A stretch of 64,000 nucleotides of DNA from the NCBI GenBank assembly GCA_963778115.1, contig CAVZSV010000004.1, forward strand, positions 2,304,001 through 2,368,000, read 5' to 3'. The notes beneath the pieces are model-generated. The model was not told where the DNA came from. It made no database searches and saw only the letters and a list, made by a program, of their open reading frames with translations. A program made the translations under genes and the position numbers. Positions 29,161 through 39,350 of this stretch are shown here, in pieces (within the stretch, counting starts at the first letter, position 1; every line of letters starts with the position of its first letter). Origin of the DNA: an uncultured delta proteobacterium. GTDB taxonomy: Bacteria; Bdellovibrionota; FAC87; UBA2466.

Positions 29161-29951
29161 GCAACCCCCAAATAGGCCTCAATGACCTTGGGATTGGTTT
29201 GAATCTCTTTAGGCGTTCCTCGAGCAATAATTTCACCATGGTCGAGAACAACGATGCGTTCGCAAATTCCCATTACTAGCTTCATGTCGTGCTCAATTAA
29301 CAAGATCGTCGTCTCGAAACGTCTTCTTATCTCGGCGACCGTTTTCATCAGTTCGACCTTTTCCTGAGAGTTCAGTCCTGCTGCCGGTTCGTCGAGTAGA
29401 AGTACTTGGGGATGGGTGGCCAGGGCGCGCGCGATCTCCATCCGTCGCTGATCTCCGTAAGAAAGACTACTGGCCCTTTCGTCTTCGCGTCCACTCAATC
29501 CCATCAAGGAGAGCAGAGTGGAGGCCTCTTCGCGCATCTGTTTTTCCATGGCGTAGAACTTTCGGTTTCTCAAGAGTACATCCAAGTACCCGTAGGGATG
29601 ACGCATATGGTACGAAATGAGAACGTTTTGCATGACCGTAAGATCCGCGAACAGACGAATGTTTTGGAAAGTTCTAGCGATGCCTCGCTTTGCAATCTTG
29701 TACGGAGGGAAATGATTTAAGGTCGCTTCCCCGAGGCGGATGCTACCCGTATCGGGGGAATAAACGCCGGTGATCAAATTAAAGAGGGTAGTCTTGCCTG
29801 CCCCATTGGGGCCGATGAGCCCCACCAGCTCCTTGGGATTGAGATCCAAATTAAAATCGGTAACCGCCTTTAGTCCTCCAAAGGATATTCCAAGCCCTTT
29901 AATGGTAAGCTTCTCTGCTTGGTTGGTTTGCGGTGTTTTCTTGTTCTTCAC
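29157..29951 (-). CDS. livG: Branched-chain amino acid ABC transporter ATP-binding protein
   Basis: FGGLKAV, GPNGAGKTT, RTFQNIRLF, LSYGDQRR, VIEAYLG. Confidence 0.95.
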   Translation of the reverse strand: MKNKKTPQTNQAEKLTIKGLGISFGGLKAVTDFNLDLNPKELVGLIGPNGAGKTTLFNLITGVYSPDTGSIRLGEATLNHFPPYKIAKRGIARTFQNIRLFADLTVMQNVLISYHMRHPYGYLDVLLRNRKFYAMEKQMREEASTLLSLMGLSGREDERASSLSYGDQRRMEIARALATHPQVLLLDEPAAGLNSQEKVELMKTVAEIRRRFETTILLIEHDMKLVMGICERIVVLDHGEIIARGTPKEIQTNPKVIEAYLGVA

Positions 29952-29972
29952 GTCCCTAGTCCTTATTACCGC

Positions 29973-30962
29973 TTAAGCGGGTTCGCTAACGGCCTTAGTA
30001 CCCGTCGAACCCGTTGGAGTTCCCTTCTTCTTCTTTGGAAAGAACTGCCAAATCTCATTGAATCCCAATAAACCGTTAGGCCGCACGAGCATTACTATGA
30101 TGAGAACGAGCGGAAAGATGACCAAACGGTACTGATCGAAACTGCGTAAGAGCTCGGGCAGCACGCATACGATAATCGCACCTATGATGGAACCCGATAG
30201 ACTCCCCATGCCGCCTATGACGACCATAATGACGACTTCGACCGAGCGGGTGAAGTTAAAAGTATTGGGGTCGATGAACCCTTGATAGTGAGCGAAGAGG
30301 GCTCCGGCCAATCCGGCGAAAAATGAGCTGATAACGAAAGCCACGATCTTGTAACGAGCGACATTGATTCCCATCGACTCGGCGGCAATCTCGTTCTCTC
30401 GAACCGAGATAATGGCTCGGCCAAAGCTTGATCTCACCAAACGAAGAAGGGCTATGAAGGTCAAAGAGGCGCTCAAATAGACCCAGAAAAAGTTAGAGAC
30501 CCGAGGTATGGCGGGTAGCCCTCGCGCGCCTCCCACTTCAGGAATATTAAGGAAGGTGATACGGATAATCTCACCGAACCCCAGAGTGACAATCGCCAAA
30601 TAGTCTCCCCGTAATCTTAAGGAAGGAAGACCTACCAAATACCCTGCTGCTGCGGCGGCTCCGCCTCCCGCAAAAATAGCAATCGCTAGTCCGATCGGAG
30701 TATGGAAAAAAGGAATATCCAGGACGGTGGTGAGAACGGCACTTGTGTAGGCTCCCACTCCCATAAAGCCAGCGTGTCCTAAAGAGAACTGGCCAGCACA
30801 TCCGTTTACCAGGTTTAGACTCATGGCCAAAATAATTCCGATTCCGCAGTTAATGATGACGCGCAGGACGTAGGGATTTAGGTTGTCTTCAAGAATAAGA
30901 TTAACGCCGTAAAAGAAAGCGATCAAAACGATGAGTCCGCTCAACTGCTTTAGCGCGTTCAT
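29973..30962 (-). CDS. livM: Branched-chain amino acid ABC transporter permease
   Basis: GQFSLGHAGF, LRLRGDYLAIVTLGFGEI, RENEIAA. Confidence 0.93.
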   Translation of the reverse strand: MNALKQLSGLIVLIAFFYGVNLILEDNLNPYVLRVIINCGIGIILAMSLNLVNGCAGQFSLGHAGFMGVGAYTSAVLTTVLDIPFFHTPIGLAIAIFAGGGAAAAAGYLVGLPSLRLRGDYLAIVTLGFGEIIRITFLNIPEVGGARGLPAIPRVSNFFWVYLSASLTFIALLRLVRSSFGRAIISVRENEIAAESMGINVARYKIVAFVISSFFAGLAGALFAHYQGFIDPNTFNFTRSVEVVIMVVIGGMGSLSGSIIGAIIVCVLPELLRSFDQYRLVIFPLVLIIVMLVRPNGLLGFNEIWQFFPKKKKGTPTGSTGTKAVSEPA

Positions 30963-31861
30963 ACTTTCTCCCGACGCTGAACGCCGAACAGGCCAGCAGG
31001 GCGGAATAGAAGGATGAAAATTAGAATTCCAAAAGCAATGGCGTCACGAAAAGAGGCAAATCCGTAGTAGACGACAAAACTTTCGGCGAGCCCCAAGACA
31101 ATGCCACCAATGGCAGCGCCCATAATATTCCCGATGCCTCCAAACACCGCGGCGACGAATGCTTTAATACCGATGATGACTCCCATCATGGGCTCGATCT
31201 TGGGATAGGAAAGTCCATAGAGAATGGCAGCACAGCCTGCTAAGGAGGAGCCAATCACAAACGTGAAGGCGATAATTTTATCGGTGGGAATTCCCATGAG
31301 ATTTGCCACTTCGATGTCAAAGCTCACCGCACGCATCGCGATGCCAAGTTTCGTATGCTTAATGATCCACTGCAAGGTCACCATGAGTACAATGGAGACG
31401 ACCACCACGAGCACTTGAATATTATTTAGAGAAATTCCGCTATTTTCGCTAAGAAGGGATCGGGTGGGGATTAGAGCGGGAAATACTCTGGGGTCTGCTC
31501 CAAAAATAACTTGGCAAAGATTTTCCAAGAAAAGAGAAACTCCGATTGCCGTAATCAGGACATTTAATCGGGGGGCTCTGCGAAGCGGACGATAAGCAAT
31601 TCGTTCGACCGTAAGCCCTACCGCCGTGCAAAAGAGCATCGACCCGACGACAACAATCAAAGTCAGTAGCAACGAAGACTGCACGCCGGAAAACCAAGCG
31701 GCGATATAAACACCGGCGAAAGCTCCCAGCATGAAGATGTCGCTATGGGCGAAATTGATAAACTGCAGGACTCCATAGACCATGGTGTAGCCCAATGCGA
31801 CCAAAGCGTACACGCTCCCCTGAGCTAGGCCGTTAATAATGTTTTGAATAAAACTCTGCAA
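30959..31861 (-). CDS. livH: Branched-chain amino acid ABC transporter permease
   Basis: YALVALGYTMVYG..INFAH, KAFVAAVFGGIG, RPAGLFG. Confidence 0.94.
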   Translation of the reverse strand: MQSFIQNIINGLAQGSVYALVALGYTMVYGVLQFINFAHSDIFMLGAFAGVYIAAWFSGVQSSLLLTLIVVVGSMLFCTAVGLTVERIAYRPLRRAPRLNVLITAIGVSLFLENLCQVIFGADPRVFPALIPTRSLLSENSGISLNNIQVLVVVVSIVLMVTLQWIIKHTKLGIAMRAVSFDIEVANLMGIPTDKIIAFTFVIGSSLAGCAAILYGLSYPKIEPMMGVIIGIKAFVAAVFGGIGNIMGAAIGGIVLGLAESFVVYYGFASFRDAIAFGILIFILLFRPAGLFGVQRREKV

Positions 31862-31862
31862 C

Positions 31863-33050
31863 TTAAGGATTGACCGTGGTTACGTATTCGAATTTATTGT
31901 CGCCCGCCACTTTGAGTACAACTGCCGGCTTTACCGCGTTTCGTTCCGCGTTCAACGAGATGACTCCGGTAACGCCTTGGAAATTTTGAGTAGTCGCAAT
32001 AGCATCCCGAATGGATTTGGGAGTTAGGTCCACAGCTCGTTGGACGGCGTCTACCGCCACTCCGCCCGCATCGTAGCCCATGGCTGCCAGCGCGTTGGGC
32101 GTCTCGCCGTTGTAGCGTGCCTTAAAATTCTTAACGAAGTTTTGTACCAAAGGATTTTGTGCATCGGGGGAATAGTGCGTGCTGAAATAACTTCCGACGA
32201 TAGCGGCTTTACCAATCTGGGTGAGCTTCTCGCTATCCCAGCCGTCGCCGCCCAAAAGAGGAACCGACAATCCTAACTCTTTGGCTTGTAAGGCAATCAA
32301 GCCCACTTCAGTGTAATATCCGGGGACAAAAATAAGTTGGGGCTTCTTGGTCTTCATGGCGGTAAGTTGCGATTTAAAATCGACATCCCCCGAAGCATAG
32401 GAGGTGTCGATGACAACTTCTCCGCCGAGCCGTTTGAATTCCTCCACGAAGAAGTTAGCCAGTCCCACACTGTAATCGCTTCGAGTATCTCGAAAAATAG
32501 CCGCTTTGGTTAGCTTCAGGTTATTGACGGCGAACTTGGCCATCACCGCCCCTTGGAAGGGATCGATGAAGCAGACGCGGAAAATATAGTCGCCGATCTG
32601 AGTCACTTTCGGATTGGTGCTCGAGGGGCTTATCATGGGGACTTTGTATTGTTGAGCGATGGGGGCGGCCGCGATGGATCGGGAGCTAGCCACTTCGCCG
32701 ATAATCACGGAAGCGTTAAATTGGGTAATGAGTTTAGTGACCACCGTTACGGCTTCGTCCGATTTCCCCTGATCGTCTTCGGAGATGATCTTGATCTGTT
32801 TTCCCTTAACGCCACCGGCCTTATTAATTTGATCGACGTACATCGCGAGTCCGTTGTGGGTTGCCGTACCGAAGGTGCTTTCGGATCCGGTCATCGACCC
32901 AAATTCGCCAAAGAGGATAGTGTTGGAGTTTGCCGTAGAATCGCCACCCTTTTTAGTGCACGCGGTGGACCAGACGGCGAGGAACAACAGACCAATGCCG
33001 ATCGAAGCTCTGACTAAGGATTTATTTGCCGGTATTTTCACAAATTTCAT
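31863..33050 (-). CDS. livK: Branched-chain amino acid ABC transporter substrate-binding lipoprotein
   Basis: Lipobox STAC, INKAGGVKG, STNPKVT, FRVCFIDPFQG. Confidence 0.9.
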   Translation of the reverse strand: MKFVKIPANKSLVRASIGIGLLFLAVWSTACTKKGGDSTANSNTILFGEFGSMTGSESTFGTATHNGLAMYVDQINKAGGVKGKQIKIISEDDQGKSDEAVTVVTKLITQFNASVIIGEVASSRSIAAAPIAQQYKVPMISPSSTNPKVTQIGDYIFRVCFIDPFQGAVMAKFAVNNLKLTKAAIFRDTRSDYSVGLANFFVEEFKRLGGEVVIDTSYASGDVDFKSQLTAMKTKKPQLIFVPGYYTEVGLIALQAKELGLSVPLLGGDGWDSEKLTQIGKAAIVGSYFSTHYSPDAQNPLVQNFVKNFKARYNGETPNALAAMGYDAGGVAVDAVQRAVDLTPKSIRDAIATTQNFQGVTGVISLNAERNAVKPAVVLKVAGDNKFEYVTTVNP

Positions 33051-33138
33051 TAAACGTACCCCCTACCCCGCGGACAGCTCCATTGAGCTCTAACCTTTGT
33101 AAGTAGTCATTCAGACGGAGCTTTGTCAATTTGTTGTA

Positions 33139-33168
33139 TTGACACCAATATTTCTAAAGTCCTAAGTT
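33139..33168 (+). promoter_or_regulatory. Putative sigma70 promoter giving a leaderless xseB transcript
   Basis: TTGACA-18 bp-TAAGTT, 7 nt before the ATG; no SD. Confidence 0.55.
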
Positions 33169-33175
33169 ACCGGGC

Positions 33176-33418
33176 ATGGATACGGAAAATTCATTGCCCT
33201 CTTTTGAGACGTCATTAAAGGAACTCGAAAAGATAGTCGCTGAGCTGGAGAAGGGAGAGCTTCCCTTAGAGAGCCAGTTGAAATCGTTCGAGAAAGGGGT
33301 CGGATTGTCTCGCGAATGCATGAAACGATTGGAAGAGATCGAAAGGCGTGTGGAGCTATTAATGCAATCCTCAGATGGCAAAATGGCCACGACCCCTTTC
33401 GAAGCCCCTCTGTCTTGA
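33176..33418 (+). CDS. xseB: Exodeoxyribonuclease VII small subunit
   Basis: SFETSLKELEKIVAELEKGELPLE...FEKG; upstream of ispA-dxs. Confidence 0.95.
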   Translation: MDTENSLPSFETSLKELEKIVAELEKGELPLESQLKSFEKGVGLSRECMKRLEEIERRVELLMQSSDGKMATTPFEAPLS

Positions 33419-33613
33419 TTTGCTTTGGCTTGAGACCCTTGGGTTGAGTTGCGCGGCCCAGCTGACCCGCTTTCCGTCTTTTTCGTCTTACCTTTACAAC
33501 ATTTGACACGCTCCAACTCGTCCACATATGGTGGGGAGGTTTTCTTTTTGTTTCAGCGGCTTAATATCAGCGACGTGGCGATCAGGGCCGGCGGAAACCT
33601 CCTGGAGATAGTG

Positions 33614-34504
33614 GTGAACTTCGAAGAGTATAGTGAAAAACGGCTGATCCAAATTAATGAATATATTCAAGCAAGCTTAAATCAATACGCGAAGACCGTT
33701 TCTCAACGATTTTTGCCCTTGCTCGAAGCCATGCAGTATAGCCTCGAAGGTGGTGGAAAAAGACTTCGCCCGCTGCTGGTATTGGCTAGTAGCGAATGTG
33801 TGGGGATTAAGCCCGAACATGTGTTGCCCGCTGCTTGTGCCTTGGAATACATCCATACCTATTCGCTGATTCACGACGATCTTCCCGCTCTCGATGATGA
33901 CGACATGCGACGGGGAAAACCCTCCAGTCACAAGAAGTTTGGGGAAGCGGTCGCCATCCTAGCGGGCGATTCCCTGCTTACCGAGGCCTTTGGCCAGATG
34001 CTCTCTTTGACAGAGTCGAACCGCTTCTCTCCGGCTCACGTTCTGCGCGCTATCGACCTTTTGGTTCATTGTGCCGGTATGCGGGGAATGGTGGGGGGGC
34101 AGCTCCTCGATGTCACCACGAACGACCATAACTATTCGCTTCCGGAGGTTGAATTCATTCATATCCACAAGACCGGGGCTTTGATTCTTGCCTCAGTTTT
34201 GGTTCCCAGCAGGCTCATTCAAATAGACGAAGACAAGGTGCAGCGTCTGCGCCGGTATGGCGAAGCCCTAGGTTTGGCCTTTCAGATTTCAGATGATCTG
34301 CTCGACTCGGAAGCCATGATTCGGTATTCTCGGGGGCCTAGGAAGAAGCCGAAGCCCAGTTATACGCAGTTGATGAGTCCCGCGGAAATGAAGGACAAGA
34401 TGAATGGGCTTATCGATAAAGCGATCCATTCGGTTGGCGGCGAGGGGGAAAAAGCGGCGCCCTTAATTACAATCGCTGAATTTATTCGCACCAGAAGACA
34501 CTGA
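33614..34504 (+). CDS. ispA: Farnesyl/geranyl diphosphate synthase
   Basis: GGKRLRP, HTYSLIHDDLPALDDDDMRRG, KTGAL, AFQISDDLLD; GTG start after GGAGA. Confidence 0.93.
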   Translation: MNFEEYSEKRLIQINEYIQASLNQYAKTVSQRFLPLLEAMQYSLEGGGKRLRPLLVLASSECVGIKPEHVLPAACALEYIHTYSLIHDDLPALDDDDMRRGKPSSHKKFGEAVAILAGDSLLTEAFGQMLSLTESNRFSPAHVLRAIDLLVHCAGMRGMVGGQLLDVTTNDHNYSLPEVEFIHIHKTGALILASVLVPSRLIQIDEDKVQRLRRYGEALGLAFQISDDLLDSEAMIRYSRGPRKKPKPSYTQLMSPAEMKDKMNGLIDKAIHSVGGEGEKAAPLITIAEFIRTRRH

Positions 34505-34521
34505 CGAAAAGAAACGAATTC

Positions 34522-36480
34522 GTGAAACTGCTAGATAGCATTGATTCGCCCAAGGACCTTCGTTGTTTGGGGAACGAGTCTCTCGATCAAGTGGTCGCGG
34601 AATTGCGAGATCAGATTCTTACCGTGGTTTCGGAAAAAGGCGGCCACTTCGCTTCGAATTTGGGCAGCGTGGAGTTGACCGTTGCCCTTCATTACGTATT
34701 CGATACCCCCAACGATAAGATAGTCTGGGATGTGGGACACCAAGCCTACGGGCACAAAATACTTACCGGTCGTCGCGATAGCTTTCCCACCATACGCCAG
34801 TATCAAGGGCTCAGTGGGTTTACCAGCAGGGCTGAAAGCGAATATGATCACTTCGGAGCAGGTCACGCTAGTACTTCAATTTCAGCCGCGATGGGAATTG
34901 CCGAAGGCATGAGGCACGGGGGAAGTCCGCACCATGCGATCGCGGTCATTGGGGATGGTTCGCTTACCGGCGGGTTAGTCTACGAAGCGATGAACAATGC
35001 AGGGCACATTCCTGTAAAAAATCTCGTCGTAGTCCTAAATGACAATGACATGTCAATAGATCCCAACGTCGGCGCCCTTTCAAAATTTATCAGCGAAGCG
35101 GTCACCCATCCTCGCTACAACCATTTCCGAAAAGAGCTGCGAACGTTGCTTGATACGCTAAGCGATCGAGGTGTTCCCGTTAAGGCGTTGGCGTCCAAGC
35201 TTCGTAAGAGTGTGAAGAACTTTTTGACCCCTGGTATTTTGTTCGAATGCTTTGGCTTTCGGTATGTCGGCCCCGTAAACGGTCACGATGTGCACGCGCT
35301 GGCCGATGCGTTCCGATTCATCAAGAACGAAGGGCCAGAAAGCGGCCCTTACTTAGTTCACGCGATAACCACTAAGGGTAAAGGCTATAAGCTCGCCGAA
35401 GAAAACGCGGTGAAGTATCACGGAGTGACGTCCTTTAAGATCAAAGATGGAATCCAGCCATCGGGACCGAAGAAAGCCGCTTATCAAGATATCTTTGCCG
35501 ACACTCTTATCCGCTTAGCGAAGGAGGATCCCAGGATTATCGCCATCACGGCGGCGATGCCTAGCGGAACCGGCGTGAACAAATTCCAAAAGGAGTTTCC
35601 CTCTCGTTGCTACGACGTAGGGATCGCTGAGGCCCATGCGGTACTCTTTGCGGCGGGTCTTGCTACCGAAGGTTTCCGTCCCGTGGCCGCCATCTATTCC
35701 ACGTTTTTACAACGGGCATACGATCAATTGATTCATGACGTGGGATTACAGAGTTTGCCGGTTGTTTTTGCGATGGACCGTGCGGGTCTTGTGGGCGCTG
35801 ACGGAGCCACTCACCAAGGGGCCTTCGATTTAAGCTATTTGCGCTGTATTCCCAATTTTGTCGTGATGGCGCCCAAAGATGAAAATGAGATGCAGCACAT
35901 GATGAAGACCGCTGTCTCTTATGACAAAGGGCCTATTGCCATTCGTTATCCTCGCGGAGAGGTAGTGGGTGTGGCGATGGATAACGAATTAAAAGTCCTG
36001 CCCATCGGGAGTGGAGAGTTACTGAGCGCCGATGCCGAACGGCTCGATGTGCTTTTTATTGGCGTGGGTTACGCGTTGCAATCGGTAACGGAAGCACAAA
36101 AGAAGGTCAGGGCAGAGGGTTTTGCCACGGGAGTTATTAACGCACGCTTCATCAAGCCGCTCGATGAATCGCTTTTGGTAAATTGGATTGAGCAAAGTCA
36201 ATTAGTCGTCACCGTGGAGGAGAACTCGGCTATCGGCGGATTCGGCGCTTCGGTGTTGGAGCTCATGGCCGAACGTGGACTTCGCAAAGACACCCTAGTG
36301 ATCGGCATGCCCGATCAGTTCGTGGACCACGCCTCACAACAGACACAACGCGAACTGACCCTCTTAGACGGCGATGGGATCGCCAAGAAAGTATTTGAAA
36401 GAATCGGCCGCATTGCAAAATCGGCCCCGAAAACTCGCTCGACTAGCGAAATAGAATCTTCGCTTTCCTTGAATCACTAA
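34522..36480 (+). CDS. dxs: 1-deoxy-D-xylulose-5-phosphate synthase
   Basis: WDVGHQAY, GHASTSIS, GDGS..G..YEAMN, GIAEAHA, YSTFLQRAYDQ, DRAGLVGADG. Confidence 0.97.
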   Translation: MKLLDSIDSPKDLRCLGNESLDQVVAELRDQILTVVSEKGGHFASNLGSVELTVALHYVFDTPNDKIVWDVGHQAYGHKILTGRRDSFPTIRQYQGLSGFTSRAESEYDHFGAGHASTSISAAMGIAEGMRHGGSPHHAIAVIGDGSLTGGLVYEAMNNAGHIPVKNLVVVLNDNDMSIDPNVGALSKFISEAVTHPRYNHFRKELRTLLDTLSDRGVPVKALASKLRKSVKNFLTPGILFECFGFRYVGPVNGHDVHALADAFRFIKNEGPESGPYLVHAITTKGKGYKLAEENAVKYHGVTSFKIKDGIQPSGPKKAAYQDIFADTLIRLAKEDPRIIAITAAMPSGTGVNKFQKEFPSRCYDVGIAEAHAVLFAAGLATEGFRPVAAIYSTFLQRAYDQLIHDVGLQSLPVVFAMDRAGLVGADGATHQGAFDLSYLRCIPNFVVMAPKDENEMQHMMKTAVSYDKGPIAIRYPRGEVVGVAMDNELKVLPIGSGELLSADAERLDVLFIGVGYALQSVTEAQKKVRAEGFATGVINARFIKPLDESLLVNWIEQSQLVVTVEENSAIGGFGASVLELMAERGLRKDTLVIGMPDQFVDHASQQTQRELTLLDGDGIAKKVFERIGRIAKSAPKTRSTSEIESSLSLNH

Positions 36481-36513
36481 TTCGAAAAAGGAACTTTTTC
36501 ATCCTTTTTCTCG

Positions 36514-37314
36514 TCAGGGCGCCGACGTAAACCCGATCAGTTGCTGGAGCTGCCACACGCTATGCACGTACGTTACGAATAAGGCAAAAATAGGACCGCG
36601 AATCCGCCTCATGAAAGCGATAAAATCAAGGTTGTCACTAATGCCTCGATGGAAAAGAAGGGGAAGTTTGGGCTCCGTTCTTAGATGCTCGGCTCGCTCT
36701 TTCCAGTATTTGAAGAGGGCTCGGTCCTCAGGTTCCATGTCGTAAAGACCAAAGAAATGGTTCATCTGCCATTCGAGATCGGGAGCCAACTGCGATTTGA
36801 TTTTAGAAACCGTCTTTTTCATGGCCCGCTTGGCTTGTGAAGGTTCAGTCTGAATCCAGGGGCGGCCGAGGCCCACTTCACGACCGAGTTGTCGTAGAAA
36901 ATGGTATCGCATAAGAGAGAGCAAGAACTGTGAGCCAAGCACCTTTTTCAACAGAGCCCGAGCGTCAGGGGATCCCAACTTGGGAGCCATAGCCTCCAGA
37001 CCTAATTTCCTTAACGTCTCTATGGAAGGCTCTGACCGCGAGAAGATGATGTTGGCCTCATATTCTCTTTCCCGCATTTTTTCGGTATAGCGAATGGCTT
37101 GCTCTCGCGCTATGAACTCTTCTCTTTTCTCCAAGCTAAGTTCTCTGAAGTTACGGCTTCTGGAGAGAGAGTCCAAGAGGGTCTGACGAATATTCTCCAT
37201 CTCGCCTACGAGAGCATCGCAGCCGTAGATAAGGGTCCGTGTCTCAGCCGCTTGTGATACCCACGTCAGAAGAGAAAGGAGCAATCCAATTATAAATAAA
37301 TGTCTATCGAGCAT
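36514..37314 (-). CDS. Hypothetical protein with signal peptide
   Basis: Long ORF with hydrophobic N-terminus; no recognisable motif. Confidence 0.55.
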   Translation of the reverse strand: MLDRHLFIIGLLLSLLTWVSQAAETRTLIYGCDALVGEMENIRQTLLDSLSRSRNFRELSLEKREEFIAREQAIRYTEKMREREYEANIIFSRSEPSIETLRKLGLEAMAPKLGSPDARALLKKVLGSQFLLSLMRYHFLRQLGREVGLGRPWIQTEPSQAKRAMKKTVSKIKSQLAPDLEWQMNHFFGLYDMEPEDRALFKYWKERAEHLRTEPKLPLLFHRGISDNLDFIAFMRRIRGPIFALFVTYVHSVWQLQQLIGFTSAP

Positions 37315-37356
37315 AAAAACCGTCTTTGGTCTCCTGCTCCCCACCCCGCTTACAGA

Positions 37357-38475
37357 CTAATAATAAGGAACAATCATGGTCTTCGGCTCTTCGAAGTAAT
37401 CCACGTTGCAGCCAATAATGACGTGACCATATACCTCATTCCCCTCGTATTGTCCCTTGGAAACGAAGATGGGCGCGACTGACAGAATTCGGCTAGTTCC
37501 GGCCAAATTCGGAGCGCGAAAGATGTCTACCCCTTTGTTCATAAAGGAAGTCTTGAGTAGCCGGTCAAAGTAGTCCTTTAAAACCCCCTTCTCATAAGCT
37601 GCTACATTGATGGGGTGAGTTCCATTTTCGGCATCCGTTTTCATCGGAGTTACCCATGTGCCCGTCTTTTTGTCGATGCCGATCACTTTCCAGTAATGGG
37701 GATGGGTGATGAAGTTATTATTGGAGTCGACGATATAGATGTAGTTTCCCTTGTCGTAAGCGTCCAAGAGATTGCGCTTGGGGTCATAGGGAAATGCCGG
37801 GCTAGTCAAATGATCTTGAAGATGTCGGTAGTCGATCGTGAGCAGATAGATACTTTTCTTACCCCGATAAGCGACGCTCAACCCGGCCCTGGTGAAGTCC
37901 TCCGCGGATCCTTCTGGAGTGTAGTAACGAAGGACCGACCCATAATAAATTTGCCCTTCGGGTAACGCCATCGCCTTTTCGATGAGTTGGCGGTCACAAA
38001 GATCCCCCAATCGACAGTCGCTAAGGGGCTTGTGTTCGGTAGATACCTTGCCCTCGTAAAGCTGGATAAGCTGGGTTCCTTTGTCATCGAGGTAAGTGAT
38101 AGCGTTGTAAAAAGGCAGAGGGGACTGAATTACGTTGTCATCTTGGTCGTACTTGGTGAAGTCGCCCATTTGAGCCAAATAAAATTCCCGCAGATGCTCT
38201 GGAGTGGGGGAGATAATATCCAAGACCTGGACGTCTCGCCCCGCCTTTTCCAAGAGGTCGCCAAAGCCCGTCGATACGACCATGGCGTCAAAAGCCATGA
38301 CGCTATTTTGTCGCTGAACGAACTGACTGCGGACCCGTCTAAAATCGGTGCGGTCCTGGTACCATTTAAAAAAGATAAAAAGAAACAAAACTAAAGGAAC
38401 GGCTGCGGTCAGTAAGATGATAAGCCAAGGATTTAACGACGGCTTTTCATATCTGGCGGTGATGTTCGTCTCCAT
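37357..38475 (-). CDS. Single-TM protein with an extracytoplasmic Cache/PDC-like sensor domain and no output domain
   Basis: One TM; PFYNAITYLDDKG, LPEGQIYY, GNYIYIVDSNNNFITHP and GHVIIGCNVD are Cache-like. Confidence 0.6.
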   Translation of the reverse strand: METNITARYEKPSLNPWLIILLTAAVPLVLFLFIFFKWYQDRTDFRRVRSQFVQRQNSVMAFDAMVVSTGFGDLLEKAGRDVQVLDIISPTPEHLREFYLAQMGDFTKYDQDDNVIQSPLPFYNAITYLDDKGTQLIQLYEGKVSTEHKPLSDCRLGDLCDRQLIEKAMALPEGQIYYGSVLRYYTPEGSAEDFTRAGLSVAYRGKKSIYLLTIDYRHLQDHLTSPAFPYDPKRNLLDAYDKGNYIYIVDSNNNFITHPHYWKVIGIDKKTGTWVTPMKTDAENGTHPINVAAYEKGVLKDYFDRLLKTSFMNKGVDIFRAPNLAGTSRILSVAPIFVSKGQYEGNEVYGHVIIGCNVDYFEEPKTMIVPYY

Positions 38476-38546
38476 CCAAGGCAACATACCATAAACCGTT
38501 CCCAGATGGATTGGTCCCACTAGCTGTGGTAGGTTTCCCGTGCCGA

Positions 38547-39350
38547 ATGGACACCAAAAGAGTCAAAAAAAAAGAACAAAAACGATTAGATGTCTTGCTC
38601 GTGGAGCGCGGACTATCCCCCTCCCGGGAGCGGGCCCAAGGAAGTATTTTGGCCGGCGAGGTTTGGAGTGGGGAGAGACGCCTGGAAAAGGTGGGTGAAA
38701 AACACCCTCAAGACATTATCTTGGAGATTCGCTCTCGGATCCCCGCTTACTCCAGTCGAGGCGGCCTTAAGTTGGCTCATGCCTTAGATCTGTTCTCTCT
38801 CTGCGTGGAAGGCAAAGTCTGTATCGACATTGGGGCTTCTACCGGAGGGTTTACGGACTGCTTGCTCAGCCGAGGGGCGATGAAAGTATTTGCGATCGAC
38901 GTTGGCTACGGACAGCTCGATCAAAAGTTAAGAAACGACCCGCGCGTGGTAAACGTCGAAAAGACAAACGCTCGCTATCTGACGCCGGAGGGGTTGATCT
39001 CAGTCTCTCAAGCGCCCGCTTCGCAAGTATCCGCCATCAGCTTCGCGGTGGTCGATGTGTCCTTTATCTCTTTACGCACGGTCTTGCCTCCTTTGGGCGA
39101 CGCCTTCCGCCAAGTCCGTGACTGGGTGTTGCTCTTTAAACCCCAATTTGAAGTGGGTCCTCAAAACTTAAGAAAGGGAGGCATAGTAAAAAGCGATGAC
39201 ATCGCGCGCGAAGCTTTGGAGTCACTCCAAAGCGAATTGGCGTCTCTGGGCTGGCTTTTGCGACATGGGCCGGAAAGTTCTCCCCTGGCGGGTAAGAAAA
39301 GTGGTAATTTGGAATACCTGATTCATTATGAACTTTTACCGCATCCATAA
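38547..39350 (+). CDS. tlyA: TlyA-family rRNA 2'-O-methyltransferase
   Basis: RLDVLLVERGL (S4), SRGGLKL, DIGASTGGFTD, DVGYGQL, DVSFISL, KPQFE. Confidence 0.95.
   Translation: MDTKRVKKKEQKRLDVLLVERGLSPSRERAQGSILAGEVWSGERRLEKVGEKHPQDIILEIRSRIPAYSSRGGLKLAHALDLFSLCVEGKVCIDIGASTGGFTDCLLSRGAMKVFAIDVGYGQLDQKLRNDPRVVNVEKTNARYLTPEGLISVSQAPASQVSAISFAVVDVSFISLRTVLPPLGDAFRQVRDWVLLFKPQFEVGPQNLRKGGIVKSDDIAREALESLQSELASLGWLLRHGPESSPLAGKKSGNLEYLIHYELLPHP

Noticed and set aside
33449..33613. N-terminal extension of ispA given in the ORF track
   Set aside because: The region holds a terminator-like hairpin and a TTGACA/TATGGT promoter-like pair; family similarity and the RBS start at GTG 33614
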